A stretch of DNA of 64,000 bases, from NCBI GenBank assembly GCA_003693705.1, contig RBZT01000978.1:4659-68658 (forward strand). The letters run 5' to 3'. The translations under genes and the position numbers were made by a program. Below, piece by piece: positions 37,939 to 51,433 of this stretch. The notes below the pieces were generated by a model, which was not told the origin of the DNA, searched no databases, and saw nothing but the letters and a program-made list of their open reading frames with translations. This DNA comes from Polymyxa betae A26-41 (lineage: Eukaryota; Protista; Endomyxa: Phytomyxea). Positions within the stretch are counted from its first letter, which is position 1. The number at the start of each line of letters is the position of its first letter.

Positions 37939-39201
37939 ATGTCACTGCTCTCTATAGCACAATTTCAACACAATGATATCAGCCTGGTTCTATGGCTAAC
38001 AGCTACTTCAGATACACAGCGCTATCAGCTCTCCATAACTGATGCTGCCCGTTTATGGAACACTATAGTCGACCTTAAAGACTCACCACCCGAGTATCCC
38101 GATGCTCGTGCCTACAAGGAACTTGTATTGCGGTCCAGTGCTAGTTTGATTCGTCAATCCCCTCTCATTCGATTACAGATGCTTGGGACATCAAGATACT
38201 GGATCATTTCATTACGAGTTTGATAACCTGAAAGACTCACTTCAGGTTTGCTGATTGATGTCAGCTGGATAGCCTTTAATAATAGTAGTAAGTTATCAGT
38301 CTCCCGGTTGATAAGCACTACAGCTGGCGCTATACGAGTATTTTTGTTTATATAACCATCGCTTGAATTGATTCTTGCAGCAAGGTCTTTTCTCGACAAC
38401 GTTGCAATCTAATTCTGAATGTCGAACGGAAATTATGTCCTTACTGCTGCAATGCATCTCCAAAATCGATACACTTCGCGTAATTCGGAAATTTTGATCT
38501 TCTTTGGAGATAATTAGAAACATAGTTGGAAAGACGGAAAATTCGCTTTGCTAACGAACGCCTTGTTAAAGAAAACGCACAGTTACAGGAATTTCACGAT
38601 AAAGTAATTCAGATGTGGTAGCAACATTTCATTTATAAGATTTACATTCTATAGGCCTGCGAAGCGAAGTTGATTTCGGAAGAAGAAGTGATGCACAGCT
38701 GTGTTGCTCTAAATTTTACTCAGTTCGACACAGATAATATCTCGCATTGCTAGCTTACAAGCAAAAATAGAACGAAACTTGTTGCGGGACAGAGATGTCG
38801 TGAATTCGCATATACAGCACCAAGATGAAAGGGAACAATCTCCACCCCGCCTGTCCCAGAGTTTCTACCATCTTGCAATCTGAAAATTAGTTATTTAGTG
38901 CTTTTTAGGTCCAGTTAAGGAGGCTGTTTCTGGAGATGTTTCTGGAATCGAGGCAGCTTTAAATCAGGCTACAAAATCGGATTTAATTCAGCCTAGCATC
39001 CATAAAGGTCGCAAACGAAGAACTGCTAAAGCCGGAAATAAAGCAGTTTCAACAACGTCATCCCAACATGAAAAATCACCGCAAGGCAACAAGCGACTCA
39101 AAGCTGGGTAAGCAATATGAAGCATATCGTGTATGCACATGATTGATTTTAAAATTTATAGTTATATTGGTTCTGAGGATCTAATCTCTCAGCTGGAATA
39201 A
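37939..39201 (+). CDS. Possible XRCC4/XLF/PAXX-superfamily head + coiled-coil protein
   Basis: N-terminal beta-rich YQLSITDAARLW resembles the XRCC4/PAXX head (LxVTDxxxxW), followed by a coiled coil and a low-complexity basic tail KGRKRR. Confidence 0.4.
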
Positions 39202-39460
39202 GTGGGCAGGATCCAAGAAGCGAACTGTACAACAGGACAGCGAATATCATCAATTTAAGTGAAATAAAGTGTTTGAGTTTACAAGGTTTGCTGTGACCAC
39301 AACTGCAACAGTAACTTCAAATTTGTATGTATGTGATGGAATGCCGGTTGGCCATAATCAATCATCATGACCGGTCCTAAACCTGAAATTCGTCAGAGCT
39401 GAACTAGTGCGTGATAAAATTTCCTTTCAGAATCTTTTTGCAATTGTTGGTCACTGAACA

Positions 39461-40748
39461 ATGTATGCCGCTCTGGACAATCTTTCTGACGGTGACAGCG
39501 ATAATGAGTTAGCACTTTGTAATATCCGGCCTGTATATCGGCTATCTCCAGCAGAACTATTATGTCGACCTCTCGACATTCTAGAAGTGAGAGAAACACG
39601 GCCTCGTGGCCTTTTGAATCAGGTAACTATAATATAATCGGATCAACCTGTTCTTATACCAGATCAGAGGAACAACTGCTATCTAAATGCTGTTCTGCAA
39701 TCACTGTTTGCCTTTAATGGTTTTCGAGCAGTTCTGCAGAGGCTTAATCTTCTGTTAGATTATCTAGATGTTGATACAACCCCTGTCTGTCTTGCTTTAC
39801 ATATATTATACCAACAGGTATCACAGGAGCTAAAATGCCTTATTCATTCTTTTGAAGTGCTGTTAGTGGTTGGGTGAAGAGCTCACAGATACCTCTATGT
39901 GGAGATGTCCATCGATATATCCCCAGTCTTTTGAAGAAATTCTAATCCGTTTCTCCAAGGATATCGGAAGCCATGAAGACGCTCATGAATTTTTCCATTA
40001 CCTTGTTGACACAATGCACGAGGAGTTATCTAAGTTGCAAAGTGCCGAACACAATACGAACGGTCCCCAATCGTCGTTGACGGGATTCGTTGCTGTACCG
40101 TCGAGAAGAAAGAATCGTGTCGTAATCAGTCTCAATGAATCGCCTATATCTCGACTATTTTGTGGTCGAATACGATGTTTAATCGCTAAAAAGAATTCAC
40201 AGCATTGCGTCCCCTTTTTCTCGTTGCAACTGTCTTTAGATGCATCGAGAACGCAACCCATTGAAAATTTGTTATCCGAATTCTCCAGGCCAACCAAACT
40301 ACAGGCTCGAAAAGAAGGAAAACAAATATTTACCTCACAAACTTCGCTTATTGACGTGTTTCCTGAAATACTAGCGCTTCATCTGAAAAGGTATTATTAG
40401 GCAGACAGCAATGTGTATCTAGGAATGACGAATGAAAACAGATTTGCCTTTAACGGCTCAGTCGTACAGAAAGTCCATCAACATGTTCAATTTCCAGAGA
40501 CTTTGACTTTCCCTGATGTTTCTTTGACAAAAGCTTTGAAAAATTCCGGGCATACTTACATATTACGCTCTGTAATTTGTCACTTTGGGCAATCACCAGC
40601 ACGAGGACATTATACTGCTTATTTTCGCCACCCCAAGTATGAATGGGTGTGTGCTGATGACAGTAATGTCAGTCGAGTGAAATGGTCTGACGTCCGAGAT
40701 CAGCAAGCTTATATCTTGTTCTATGAGCTAAATAAAAAGCATCGCTAA
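39461..40748 (+). CDS. Ubiquitin-specific protease (USP10/Ubp3-like catalytic domain)
   Basis: PRGLLNQRNNCYLNAVLQSL (Cys box), EDAHEFF, SPISRLFCG, LHLKRF, VICHFGQSPARGHYTA (His box), DDSNV, AYILFY. Confidence 0.9.
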
Positions 40749-40818
40749 CTGCAACTTTGTGATTCGCTAAGTGAAGCTCTTCAAATAAAACATTATTATA
40801 TGGAAAACATTATAGATT

Positions 40819-42209
40819 TCAGGATAATGGCGGCGATTCCGGTGACGGGTATTTCAAAGGATCTCGGGCAATAAATACAGTGGCTGTCGAAGCAACCATA
40901 TCAGTTTGCTGCTCAGAGACTTTAACAGAAACTGATGACGATATCCCGGTGCGAATATCTTGAAACACTAGAGCGCATTATAAATACCCTGAAAAGACAT
41001 AGATGGACGCATACCATCTGTGACATCAGCAGCAGACAGAAGCGATCTTAACATGGGTGGAGTGATTTGACTCCAAGGAACACCAACAGAAAAATCTGCT
41101 GAAGGAAATGCCCAGCGATGAGCATTAGCGAAAGCTACCATCTCGATGCAGATGATCAAATCTTCAAAACGTTCGATATTTCCATGAGATCCCTAAAAAG
41201 GTCATCGGAACTTTCATTACAAATCACCAAGTACACTACTTGTAAAATTCCCATAGAAACTAGAAAGGCGATTAATACGCTTTGCCAAAACGTAAAGAAG
41301 ATCAATCCTTTGATGCAAAACATTTTAGGGACAGGTCGAATGTGTTTCAAGTCGTCAGCAAAGGCTAGGTATAAAATCATCAGGCAATACATTGCCTATT
41401 ATGGTGGTAAGCTCAAAGACAAATTAACGAAGAGGAAATACCCATATCTGGCTGCAATTGATGACGAAAGAGACATAGGCGTAGCCTTATTGTACAATAA
41501 GTTGTGATGATTATAACTGAATGAAAAGAATTATACCTGCATTGACAGCAATAACACCTTCCCTGTATACACCAAATGCCCCCAAAATCAAAGCAATCAG
41601 GCCCATCAAAGGCTTGACTGCAACATACTGCAGGATACCAAACTGCACTTTAAGCAGAAAATGGGTACCCATTTTCCAGGAAGGAAGGAACTAAGCAAAG
41701 TGGAAGTGTTTAAACAGCAAACAGTAAGAAAAATCTTACACTGAAAGGAAAGAAGTGACGTTGTTGAGGTTTGGATCGCAAGAGAGATGCCATGGCATCA
41801 GTGCCGCCCAGGATTATGCTCATGAATTTGAAGAAGGAATAGATAACGAAAGCTTCCTAAAATGCAGGATAAAATTATTAAACAATATTGTTTGAAATAA
41901 ATATTTCCTACATAGCAATCACGTATAGTATCGAAATATATCGAATACCCGATGGTCGTGGAAAGGAACGATGTCCAAGCATAAACTATACGAAATCATT
42001 CGAGGAATTATCAATCGAGAGCTCTAGGTCGAACCTGGGCACATTAAAAGTACCCTATTCACATGGACTTTTAGAGCCGTATTTGGGTTATGTCGAAGAT
42101 GGTCGCGAACTTGAAGAAATGTCAATACGGTGGCGACGACAGCACAGATAGCTGCAGCAGTCGTCGTTGACTGGCTGATTTGAATATTGATGATGATGGG
42201 AGGCGACAT
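40819..42209 (-). CDS. TMEM184/OST-alpha family transporter
   Basis: [64 protein letters not shown]. Confidence 0.9.
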
Positions 42210-42382
42210 GATGATCTAACCCTGACCATCACCTTTACGCAAATGAAACCGTTAAAACAAATTTACCGCAGATTGAATCTGTTCTATGAAGATATGACAC
42301 ACAATTACAGTCGCTCTGTCGTATAGAAGACATAAATAGTTTATTAAACAATGGATCACTCAATAATGACGTGGAGACGTCA

Positions 42383-43776
42383 TCACACCTGTGATGAAAG
42401 CTTGCCAGCACGATTCCTGTGCGGTATTCGACGTTCCATCCAGTAAACAGGGAACGCGAACATCACAATGACAAGAACTAGCTGGGATATGTTCCAAGCG
42501 GTAACACTGAGATGAAATAATGACTGAAATACCAGCCCATGTGCTAAGAATATGATTGAATTGATAAGAAACAGAACACCGATCAGCATTCCGAAGTTCT
42601 GATAGCCAAAATCGACACTCATTACGAAGAAAATCCAGGAGAAGAAGCAACTTCGACTAACAGGGTACAGCAACAGTGCAGTTAGCAATAACCCGATGCT
42701 ATTGACGCAGAGAAGAAGTGCAATAGAATATCCTAATAAAAGAGACATTACCAGGACTGCAGACTTCACAATCCCGAAACGATCAATGACAGCGCCAAAG
42801 AGAGGGTTTATAATCCTAAACATATTTAGAAAAGCAAGTAAGAAAAAAAAACAGCTGGAATCATACACGCCAGTTAATAGAAGCAGTTGGCTTAAATCGG
42901 TGTAGGACTGCACAGTTTCGATACTGGCAGCCACCCCAAGTGCATTGCTAATTTGTTCTTTAGTTAGGACCAGGAAACTGTTCAGATAAAACAAAATGAC
43001 GGGTAGAAACAGGGCCATGCCGAAATAGCTCGAAGTGAACATCTGAGATCCTAGCGATTTTCGGCTCTCGAGCGCTCTCGCTCCACTTGTAATACAGAAC
43101 TTGAATATGGAAGGTTGAACCTTGTCATCAATTGAGACAGATTTGGTTCCGAACGCTTGCATAGGCCAAACCACAAAGGAGGCAATCGCAAGAGCCAGCT
43201 GTAAGCTAGCCAGTATGATTAGCAGAATCTGGAACGAGAAACCCAAACCATAAAGATTTTTGATGAGGAGAAATAGAAGACAGGAGACCTGAAATGCCCC
43301 GATTTGCAATGAGACGACTAATCCTCGATTGTTTGGAAACAGCGCTGCCAGATGGATTGTTGAAACCTGAGTTCCAGGGCCACATAATCCAATCAGAGTA
43401 CAGGCAACATACAGAGCCTGAAAATATTGCAATCCAAACGATAGGATGAATGTTCCAAAACCCAGTAATGACATGCAAATCCCAGAGCATCGTTTAGGGC
43501 CAACTGCATCTAGTAAAAGACCACATAGAAACTGTCCTAGGGCTACAGCCATGATACCTGTCTGCCCTAATATCATAAAATTGATTTCCTTATGCATATT
43601 CTCCTCTTCTAAGATGATTCTGAGAGAGGCAAAGCCATACATCTGGCATTATTAAGAAACCAGTGATTGAAGATTAGACTTCGACAGACCATTCCGCTGG
43701 ACATAGCAATCTGAAGTAGAGATAACAATACAAGCGGCCATCGTAACTTTTCGTAATTAATATTCAATAAAGACAT
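42383..43776 (-). CDS. MFS transporter (SLC43/FMP42-like)
   Basis: About 12 TM segments, motif A GLLLDAVGPK and GAVIDRFGI, HLAALFP, DFGYQNFGMLIG; the first exon MSLLNINYEKLRWPLVLL splices to MYGF. Confidence 0.85.
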
Positions 43777-44384
43777 ATCGGCTTGAGAAAAAGAAAAGTG
43801 AAAAGTGAAAGAAAGCAGATCAGGGTCGCGTCATATACAAAGGACACATGAGAATTGACCTGCGCAGTAGTATAGTTAGTCAATTAATCAATTGATCTCA
43901 TCCTTTATTAGTTATTGAGTCTTCGCCATACAGAATCGTAGCCGAACTGGCATTTAAATAAGTGGTGACGTTGATGTGATGATACTGTCCCAGTAGAGCT
44001 CGCTTTTCGCTGGTGTGCCAATTGCAATGTCAGAAGGACCTATTGTTTGCGGTGATGATACTTTTGCATGTTCTAATAATATGTTGCTAGTCACGCTTGT
44101 TGAGAGGATGTCATGCAAGTTCGTTGTATGTACAAGATCCCTCCGACCTAGCTATTCTTGTCTATGTAAGACACACCTGTGATACAGATTAGTATCACGT
44201 AGCTGTCTTGTGGTAGTTCAGATTGACGTCTGATCAGAGGACGTCGCCACCTCAATGGTGTCGGATTTCGTGCGAGCCGAGAGAGAATGAGGTCGCGTCC
44301 TGTGACCAGAACGATAGATCTCCATTACGATATTGCGATAGCAAATCAGATGAATCGGTTGTTGCGTCCTGCATTTTTCAGACC

Positions 44385-46481
44385 ATGACCACACGTGATC
44401 CCAACAATCTCGAATCACCATTGCTAACTGCTCACAATGATAACAGGAAGTTCACTGTAGCGGCACTATGGCTGAAAGATGCCATGGGTTTTCGATCAGT
44501 GAATTTGAAAACATTGGATCCACCATCGCTGATTTACCTTAACATCGATAGGAATTCGGCACTACAATTTCTATACTCACGACCTTTTCAAATTGTTCTT
44601 TTGATGGCTGTTTGCTTACATTTGATTGTACCTGTGGTTCCTGCTATCATGTTTCCATTCAAGCTGTTATGTATTATTCTTGTCTATGCAACACGTGAAG
44701 CGCTTCTGCTTTATGTTCGCCCTTTTCGGCTGCGAGTCGTTGCGAGAATATTGGCAATATTGACCATGCTCTACCTAACTATCCAGTCGGAAATTTCCAC
44801 CATCTCACCTCATGACGCTGCCATGGTATGTGGCGTATTTGCTCCTCTATTTTTAATCGATGTGTTTCCTTCATTACGGTTTATGGCAACCGCTATGATT
44901 ACAGCCAGTATTAGTGTCTTTCCTATTGTCATTTCTATCGCCTGTCTCGTGATTCTCTTCGGCTGTGTTGGGCATCTGTTCTTTTCAGGACATTTTTTCG
45001 GTCTCGCAGCAAATAACAACTTTCGAGACATGACCACATCGATATTCTCAATGTTGTATTTAATGACAACTGTTAACTTCCCGGATATTATGATGCCAAA
45101 TTATCATCAGAAGGGTGTCGTATTCGTATTTTTTGGCCTTTATTTGGTGCTAACACTGCTCATGTTCGCATGGTTGTTAGCTTCCGTGTATGGTTCGTAC
45201 ATAGATATTCGGCTGAAACAGCTAACGGGCATGGTTTTAAATCAGAAAGCATCTTTGGTGCGCGTATTCGATCGTATTGCTACCAATGCTGAGACATTAA
45301 GCCGGGAAGATTTCGAATGCCTGATGTCATACTATCGTCCAGATCTAAAAGAACATTATGCTCAGGCTTTGTATACGTTAATGGATCATGATGAAGTTGG
45401 ATATATATCGAAACGATGCTGGCTTGATCACGCCAATAGATGTCTTGATATTACAATTCAACAGCAGAAACATTCTGATACTAAATTCCGCCATCCGATT
45501 CACATTCTGGCTACAAGTGTTCCAGTTCTGTTAATTCGTGCATTCGTGATCGCAATTGATGCCTGGCTACTCTTTGAACGTGCTCTGATTCCTGTATCAG
45601 AAGCACATCTGAAATCCGTTCAACTTTCCATTCGTCTTTTACAGGGAGTCTTCTTGTTCGAGGCTATCGCGAAAATAATTTTACTTCGCGGTTTGATTCT
45701 GCAGAACAAGTTCCAGAAAATCGACATTGCTGTTATATTGGTATCATCTGTGGGAATACTTGATTTCAAATATCACGAATATTTTCAGTTAGTCGCCATC
45801 GGGCGGGTGTTCAGCCTGATACCACTTTTCGAAAAAACGCATTCACTGAAAAGAATATCACTTCTTCTGTCAGGCATGTTGGCCATGACTCTTTCAGTTT
45901 TTTATGTGTTTGCTTATGTCGGGGCGTTATTGTTTGCTGATAAGGTCACTGATACTCCCGAACTGAGAGCCAAAATAATGGCTGCTGATAAAGATGTTGC
46001 CAACATTTGGATTGGAGCACATTATTTCGACTTGAACTTCAACACGTTTGCCGACGGACTCGTCATGTTGTTCGTTCTGGCTATTGTCAATAACTGGCAT
46101 GTTATCACAAACGGGTATCTGATTCCGTTTCAATTTAATCGCAGCTGAATTTCTTTCTCTAGCTACATAATATTAACTGATTCCATCAACACCAGTATCT
46201 TCTTCATCAGCTTCTATTTCGTAGCGGTCGTGCTTGTATTGAACATTGCCACAGGTCTCATTCTGGAAGAATTCATGCTGAATCGAATTCCTCGTTCCCA
46301 GTGGCAAAGCCGTCTTCTGCAAATATTAACGAAACAATTTGCAGACGTCCCAGTGACCGATTGGGTGGTCAGAAAACCAGTACATCTCCAGCTCATGCTC
46401 ATGGATCATATCGATTCCGAATTGTCCACTCTAAGTCATTTCAAAACTCTGTTTCGGACAACACATTTAATGCCTGTTTAA
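44385..46481 (+). CDS. Two-pore channel (TPC)
   Basis: Two 6TM repeats; pore I LMTTVNFPDIMMPNY, pore II YFDLNFNTFADGLVMLFVLAIVNNWHVI; EF-hand-like linker; LVLNIATGLILEEF. One intron near 46114-46161. Confidence 0.9.
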
Positions 46482-46818
46482 CTTATGGTGAGCGTTGAAC
46501 CAAAGTCAAATTCAATGTTTTTTAAAATCCCACTTCATAAAAAATGGTCTAGCCGGAGTTGTTCATGATAATAATTAAGGAAATTGCAAAAACACGGTTC
46601 GAAAACTCGTGCTCCAACAACAATAGTTTTGCTTTTCTCATCTGGTTTTAGTTATCTGTACTGCAGTAATCAAATACTTTTCTTAATCATTTGAATCAAG
46701 ATTTCAGAGTTCAGAATTCGCACTAATTTTTTCTTGAACAAACTACCTGTTGTTGATCATGAAGAATCTCAACATTTTAACACAATCTAGATTGGATGGC
46801 TAGATCCGAAGCTTGACC

Positions 46819-47730
46819 TTACATTAATAAACAGTTAGGTTGATCACCAGTTAGACTGGCTAACTCAGGTGGTATATCTGGCAAGACAGGTTCTCCCTCA
46901 CTGTTGAACTCTAAACCAGGAACAAGTTCTTGTATAATCTCTCTAGGAGGTTGACCATATGTTTGGATTTCAGTCATCATATCCATAATTTCAGTGGAAC
47001 CTGCCTCTCCGCTCTCAATCATTACACACATTCTCTTGAATACTGCATATTGCTTCTCGTAGCTAGATCTGTCAAGTTCCACATGATTAACGTAACTCTA
47101 CAGTATAACTGGGTACCGACCTTTCCGATTCGGAGAGCCTAGAGCTATGTTCCTCCAGCCAAACTGGATACCTGGCTGTAACCTACAGCAAAATGTTAAC
47201 AAAGGAAACAATAATAACAGCAACAAGAAACCTGCTTAACAGGCTGTTCAAGCGCTTCTGCCGACAACATTTGAGACATTAACCTCTCCACAGATTCCTC
47301 AATATTAGATTCAGTACCAATTTGGAATTCTTCCTGCATTGCCCCATTGATTAAAAAACCGGACAGCTTAAACAATCTCATTACTGACCATCAATTTTCG
47401 AATGAGTTCGTCTTCATCTTGTTCCCTTGATGTAGCAGATTGACCAGATTGTGTATTTATCATTCGAATCGCTTCCTCTAAAGACTCCTGCAGATTTTCT
47501 GGCCTCTTTCGGTTATCTTCATTAGGCATTGAGCGCACGAGTTTCTCGAATAAGGCAGGCAGAGTATCGTCCGCAGAATTATTCTGAGATGTGAGACCAG
47601 GGGAGCTTGCCTTCTGATTCGATTCAGCAGACCGACAATGTCTGGGAACATCCCCAGCAGGCGATTGGTCGAATTCGTCCAGAAGCGAATCGATCAAGTC
47701 ATGATCGATACTATCTTGCTTCGAACCCAT
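46819..47730 (-). CDS. PEX19: Peroxin 19
   Basis: N-terminal DLIDSLLDEF, MSQMLSAEALEQP, YEKQY, IMDMMTEIQTYGQPPREI, C-terminal CaaX CLLM*. Confidence 0.93.
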
Positions 47731-48149
47731 TGTGCGAATAAACTTTGTTGCGTCCTAAATAAAAGTGTGTTTTTTATCATATGTATGTACGGGACTTCAG
47801 AGGTGTGAAAGGATTGCGTAACTGTAGCAGCATTCCAAACAGTTGGCTTTAGGTATTGACGTATTGTACTACGATCATATGACAAATTTATAGTGATTAA
47901 ATACCTGCATCATTGCAAGGTTTATTCAGTACCAGGACGTAACTGATGTTTGAAATCAGCCTTAGATCCAGCTTCGATCAGTCATGATCCTAGTGAGCAT
48001 CCTTTTTGCCCACCAAAAATACTTAACTTTCGGAAGCGTCTTTTTTTCCTGTAAATATGAACCTCGATTTCAAACAATTCAAAGCAACTACCTGATGGGA
48101 CAACAGACAATCATGTTTAATGTTTTCTGTTAAAACCCAGGGTAGACTC

Positions 48150-49161
48150 ATCCAGGTTCAAACTTGATGTACTCCGATGTTAACTTGTCATCGATTTATT
48201 TATTCTCTTCACCTTTCTGGGCTTGGTTGAAGATCGAGCTGATATTTTGACAGGAACGTCAACATATGCATCAAGAGATCCTGAACCACATCTACTTGCT
48301 CTTAGAGCTATCTCTAAGTCATCATACGCCTACAGATATATTCAGTACAGTGATCATCTTAGAAGTTAGTGTCTAATTCTCACTTTTTGTTGACTTTCTT
48401 GGGTTTTAGTCAATTCTTTCAGTAAATCCGCTTCAAGTTTCGCCATTTTCTCAATTTCTGCTTGTTTATCTTTCGCTTCGATCTGTTCCCTTTCGATACG
48501 AGAGAACACCTAAACTGCTTTAGCATCTTCTTCGCAACTAAGTAAAAGCTTCACCTGTCGTTTAACTTGTTCTCTTCTGTTTCTAATCTCTTCTTCTTTC
48601 TTTCGTCTTGCTAATTCATGCTGTCTTTGTATATCAAGTTTCTTCTGTATTGCCTGCCTTCGTTCTTCTTCTCTCTGTTGTTTAATCGCCAACAAGTTCT
48701 TCAGATGATCTTCTTTGAGTTGCTTAGCTCGATTATCTTTCTCTGCCTTTACTACAGCTAATCTTTCATCCATTGTTAATTGTGGCCCAGATTGCTTCCT
48801 TGACTGATATTTAGCCTTCGCTTCGTTATTCTGTTCGATCACAGCTTTGGTCAGCTGAATTTTCTTCTCTAATCTTTGTTCTGATTCACGTTGTACCCGA
48901 TGTATGAATTCTGTTCGTGATTTAGTCTCTTCTATTTTTCTTTGAGCTTTCTCTGTTTCTGCCTATCACCATTCACAAAAACAATCCATTATGGTGAAAT
49001 GTTCCTTTTACTTTTAACAGCAGAAGTCTATTAGCGAGCATCTGAGCATCAGACTCAGCTTGTTTCCTTTGCTGTCTTGCAGCAGCTAGCTGAGATTTTA
49101 ACACAGCTAGACCATCTGATTCACCAACACGATGATGATGAAGGTTGTTGTTTGGCGCCAT
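48150..49161 (-). CDS. Charged coiled-coil protein of unknown function
   Basis: RKQAESDAQMLANRLLLLK then E/K/R/Q-rich exons joined by GT-AG introns; the 3' end is uncertain. Confidence 0.6.
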
Positions 49162-49422
49162 GCCAACCCTTTCGATGTCCTTCTTCCTCGTTGGTTATCG
49201 TGGCCTTCGCATATACAACGATCTTTCTCAGGTACAGATCTGTACCTTTATCTTAAGAATCCCATATACATTTTCAAACAATTTTTTTCTTGGAAACTTA
49301 GATTGCGAATTTCTGTCAGTTATTGCCAAAGAGAAACTGAAAACTGGAAGAGGTTCTTGTTGGGTAATCTGTAAAATACCTGAAGTGATTTAATTCAATA
49401 TTATCATGTTTATTTGAGGTGA

Positions 49423-51093
49423 TTATGGAGCTGGTTTTGAGTGAGGTCGTGATTTGGTCTTGGTCGATGTCAAGAACGGAGCATGAAACTCGTCGCTATC
49501 AGAATCTTCATCAGTATTAGGTTCCCCATCGCTCCAGGCTGACGTTGGTGGTATTAGAGCTGGTGTCGCCTCCACCAATAACACATCCTCATCAATGGCG
49601 GTTGCATCAAAATCATTCCTGACATGAACATCGTTGATGAATGTATTCTGTTGTATCATCCATTGTTGCAGAATACGACACACTTGTTCTTCCATGAATG
49701 CAAGATGATGTACTAATGTTGTCTCTGTCACAGGTGTTATTGTCAGTGGATCCTCAACATCTCCAAACAATTTCAATATTTTCCCAATACCAGTCCTTAG
49801 GTTCGCCATGGTTCTGCCTTGATCAGCAGCCTTATCATTCAATTCTGCTAGATCGTGCTGTACTGATGCTAACCTCTCACCAAGCCTTCCAATAGCTGAT
49901 TGACTTACAAGCCGCTCACGTAGTCGCCCGTCGGTAACACTGCCTGCATCGCCATGGATTTTGGCGTCAGATAATGCATCAGCTTGCAGACGAATTTCGT
50001 CGAGTTTATCATCGAGGTCATCAATATCGTCATTTAGAAGATTCACGATCTGAAATTTTTGGAAGTTCCTGTCTTCACTTGTCTCAAAGACGGCAATGAG
50101 ATCATCAAATGTCTCAACACCAATTGCCTGCCGAAGTCGATCAAACTGGTGACGATATGCATCAACTCTAGCTCTTGTCATTCTGATACAAGCTTTATCT
50201 TTAGCAATATCCCATGCTCCTGCTGTTAGCACCGTTCGCAATTCAGATTCTTGTGCTTGAGCCCATTTCTCTTTCTCTTTCACGAGTTTACGATCACTTA
50301 ACAATCCGATGAAGCCAACAATCTTATCGTTGTAAGACACGAGACGACCCAGTTCACGCCATTGGTCTTGGAACTGACGATGTTCTCGATCAGCCGTATA
50401 TTTTAATTCGGCAACCAGAGCTGTTGAAGCATCTCTTGTTGCCGCTAAAGCATTGGTTCGTTCAACAACTTGAGTTATTTGTGTGACATGTTTGTTGGTT
50501 TGACGAAGTATGTGACCAATCATACGTTCCACCATAATACGATCAACACGAAGTTCATGAATAGTTTGACGCATGCTTCGATTTGAGGTTATTCGTCTAT
50601 TGAAATCAATTCGTGCCCGATGTAACCGATGCTCCAAAATCTGGAATTGTTTCAGATCCCGATCTCGTGCTTCCTTGCTAGCATAAATGCCACCCTCCGC
50701 CTTCCTTCTCTCCATAATACCAAAATAGAACTCTTCAGCTAAACGTTCCAATCTATCAAGACGTTCTTGTTTATCTTGTGCGACAGCATTAAACCATTCC
50801 TCTTGAGTATCATCAGTCTCATTTGTTTCAATCTCAGCGCAAGCTTTCTGTTCTGTCAGCCATGCAAGACTTGCTGAGTCGCTTGTCAGCTGCTTCTGCA
50901 TTTTGTTATTGGCTGATTTCATCTTTTCGATTTGTGAATGCATGAGTCGGCTGACAGAAGGTGTGAAATTAATCAATGGGACGCTGCGAGACTCGAGCTG
51001 TCGTGTCTTCTTGACAAGACCTTCGAGTCCATCTGTAACAGCTTTTGTCGTGTCATCTTCATAATTAAGTGTCTTATCTCGGAATAAGCCCAT
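49423..51093 (-). CDS. Outer dynein arm docking complex subunit (ODA1/DC2, CCDC114/CCDC63-like), intronless
   Basis: QFQILEHRLHRARIDFN...NRSMRQTIHELRVDR, ADREHRQFQDQWRELGRL, LIAVFETSEDRNFQKFQIVNLLN. Confidence 0.78.
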   Translation of the reverse strand: MGLFRDKTLNYEDDTTKAVTDGLEGLVKKTRQLESRSVPLINFTPSVSRLMHSQIEKMKSANNKMQKQLTSDSASLAWLTEQKACAEIETNETDDTQEEWFNAVAQDKQERLDRLERLAEEFYFGIMERRKAEGGIYASKEARDRDLKQFQILEHRLHRARIDFNRRITSNRSMRQTIHELRVDRIMVERMIGHILRQTNKHVTQITQVVERTNALAATRDASTALVAELKYTADREHRQFQDQWRELGRLVSYNDKIVGFIGLLSDRKLVKEKEKWAQAQESELRTVLTAGAWDIAKDKACIRMTRARVDAYRHQFDRLRQAIGVETFDDLIAVFETSEDRNFQKFQIVNLLNDDIDDLDDKLDEIRLQADALSDAKIHGDAGSVTDGRLRERLVSQSAIGRLGERLASVQHDLAELNDKAADQGRTMANLRTGIGKILKLFGDVEDPLTITPVTETTLVHHLAFMEEQVCRILQQWMIQQNTFINDVHVRNDFDATAIDEDVLLVEATPALIPPTSAWSDGEPNTDEDSDSDEFHAPFLTSTKTKSRPHSKPAP

Positions 51094-51433
51094 GGTTGCG
51101 ATTAGCAAGCTTTGGACCCTGTCAATATGGCGAAATTACAAGGTACTGTACTCAATACGATCGATTCTGGCTCTACCCTCTTGATAAATTATGCAACATT
51201 TATGGACTTCGCTGATGATGTTAATCGAGCCAAAAGTTGAAGTGTTTTCTCATCAACAGCTGTTAAAATTTGGTACTGTTGGCAAATCAGGGGAAGAGTC
51301 AGTCGTATCCGTTCTTCCAACGAGCGCTACCAGCATGGCTAGCCTGAAACCGGAGCCGAATAATGTGAGATTAGAATTCTACAGAATATTGAATGTTGAT
51401 TTCAATCTGGCTTGTTTGAAAATCTGCAATATA

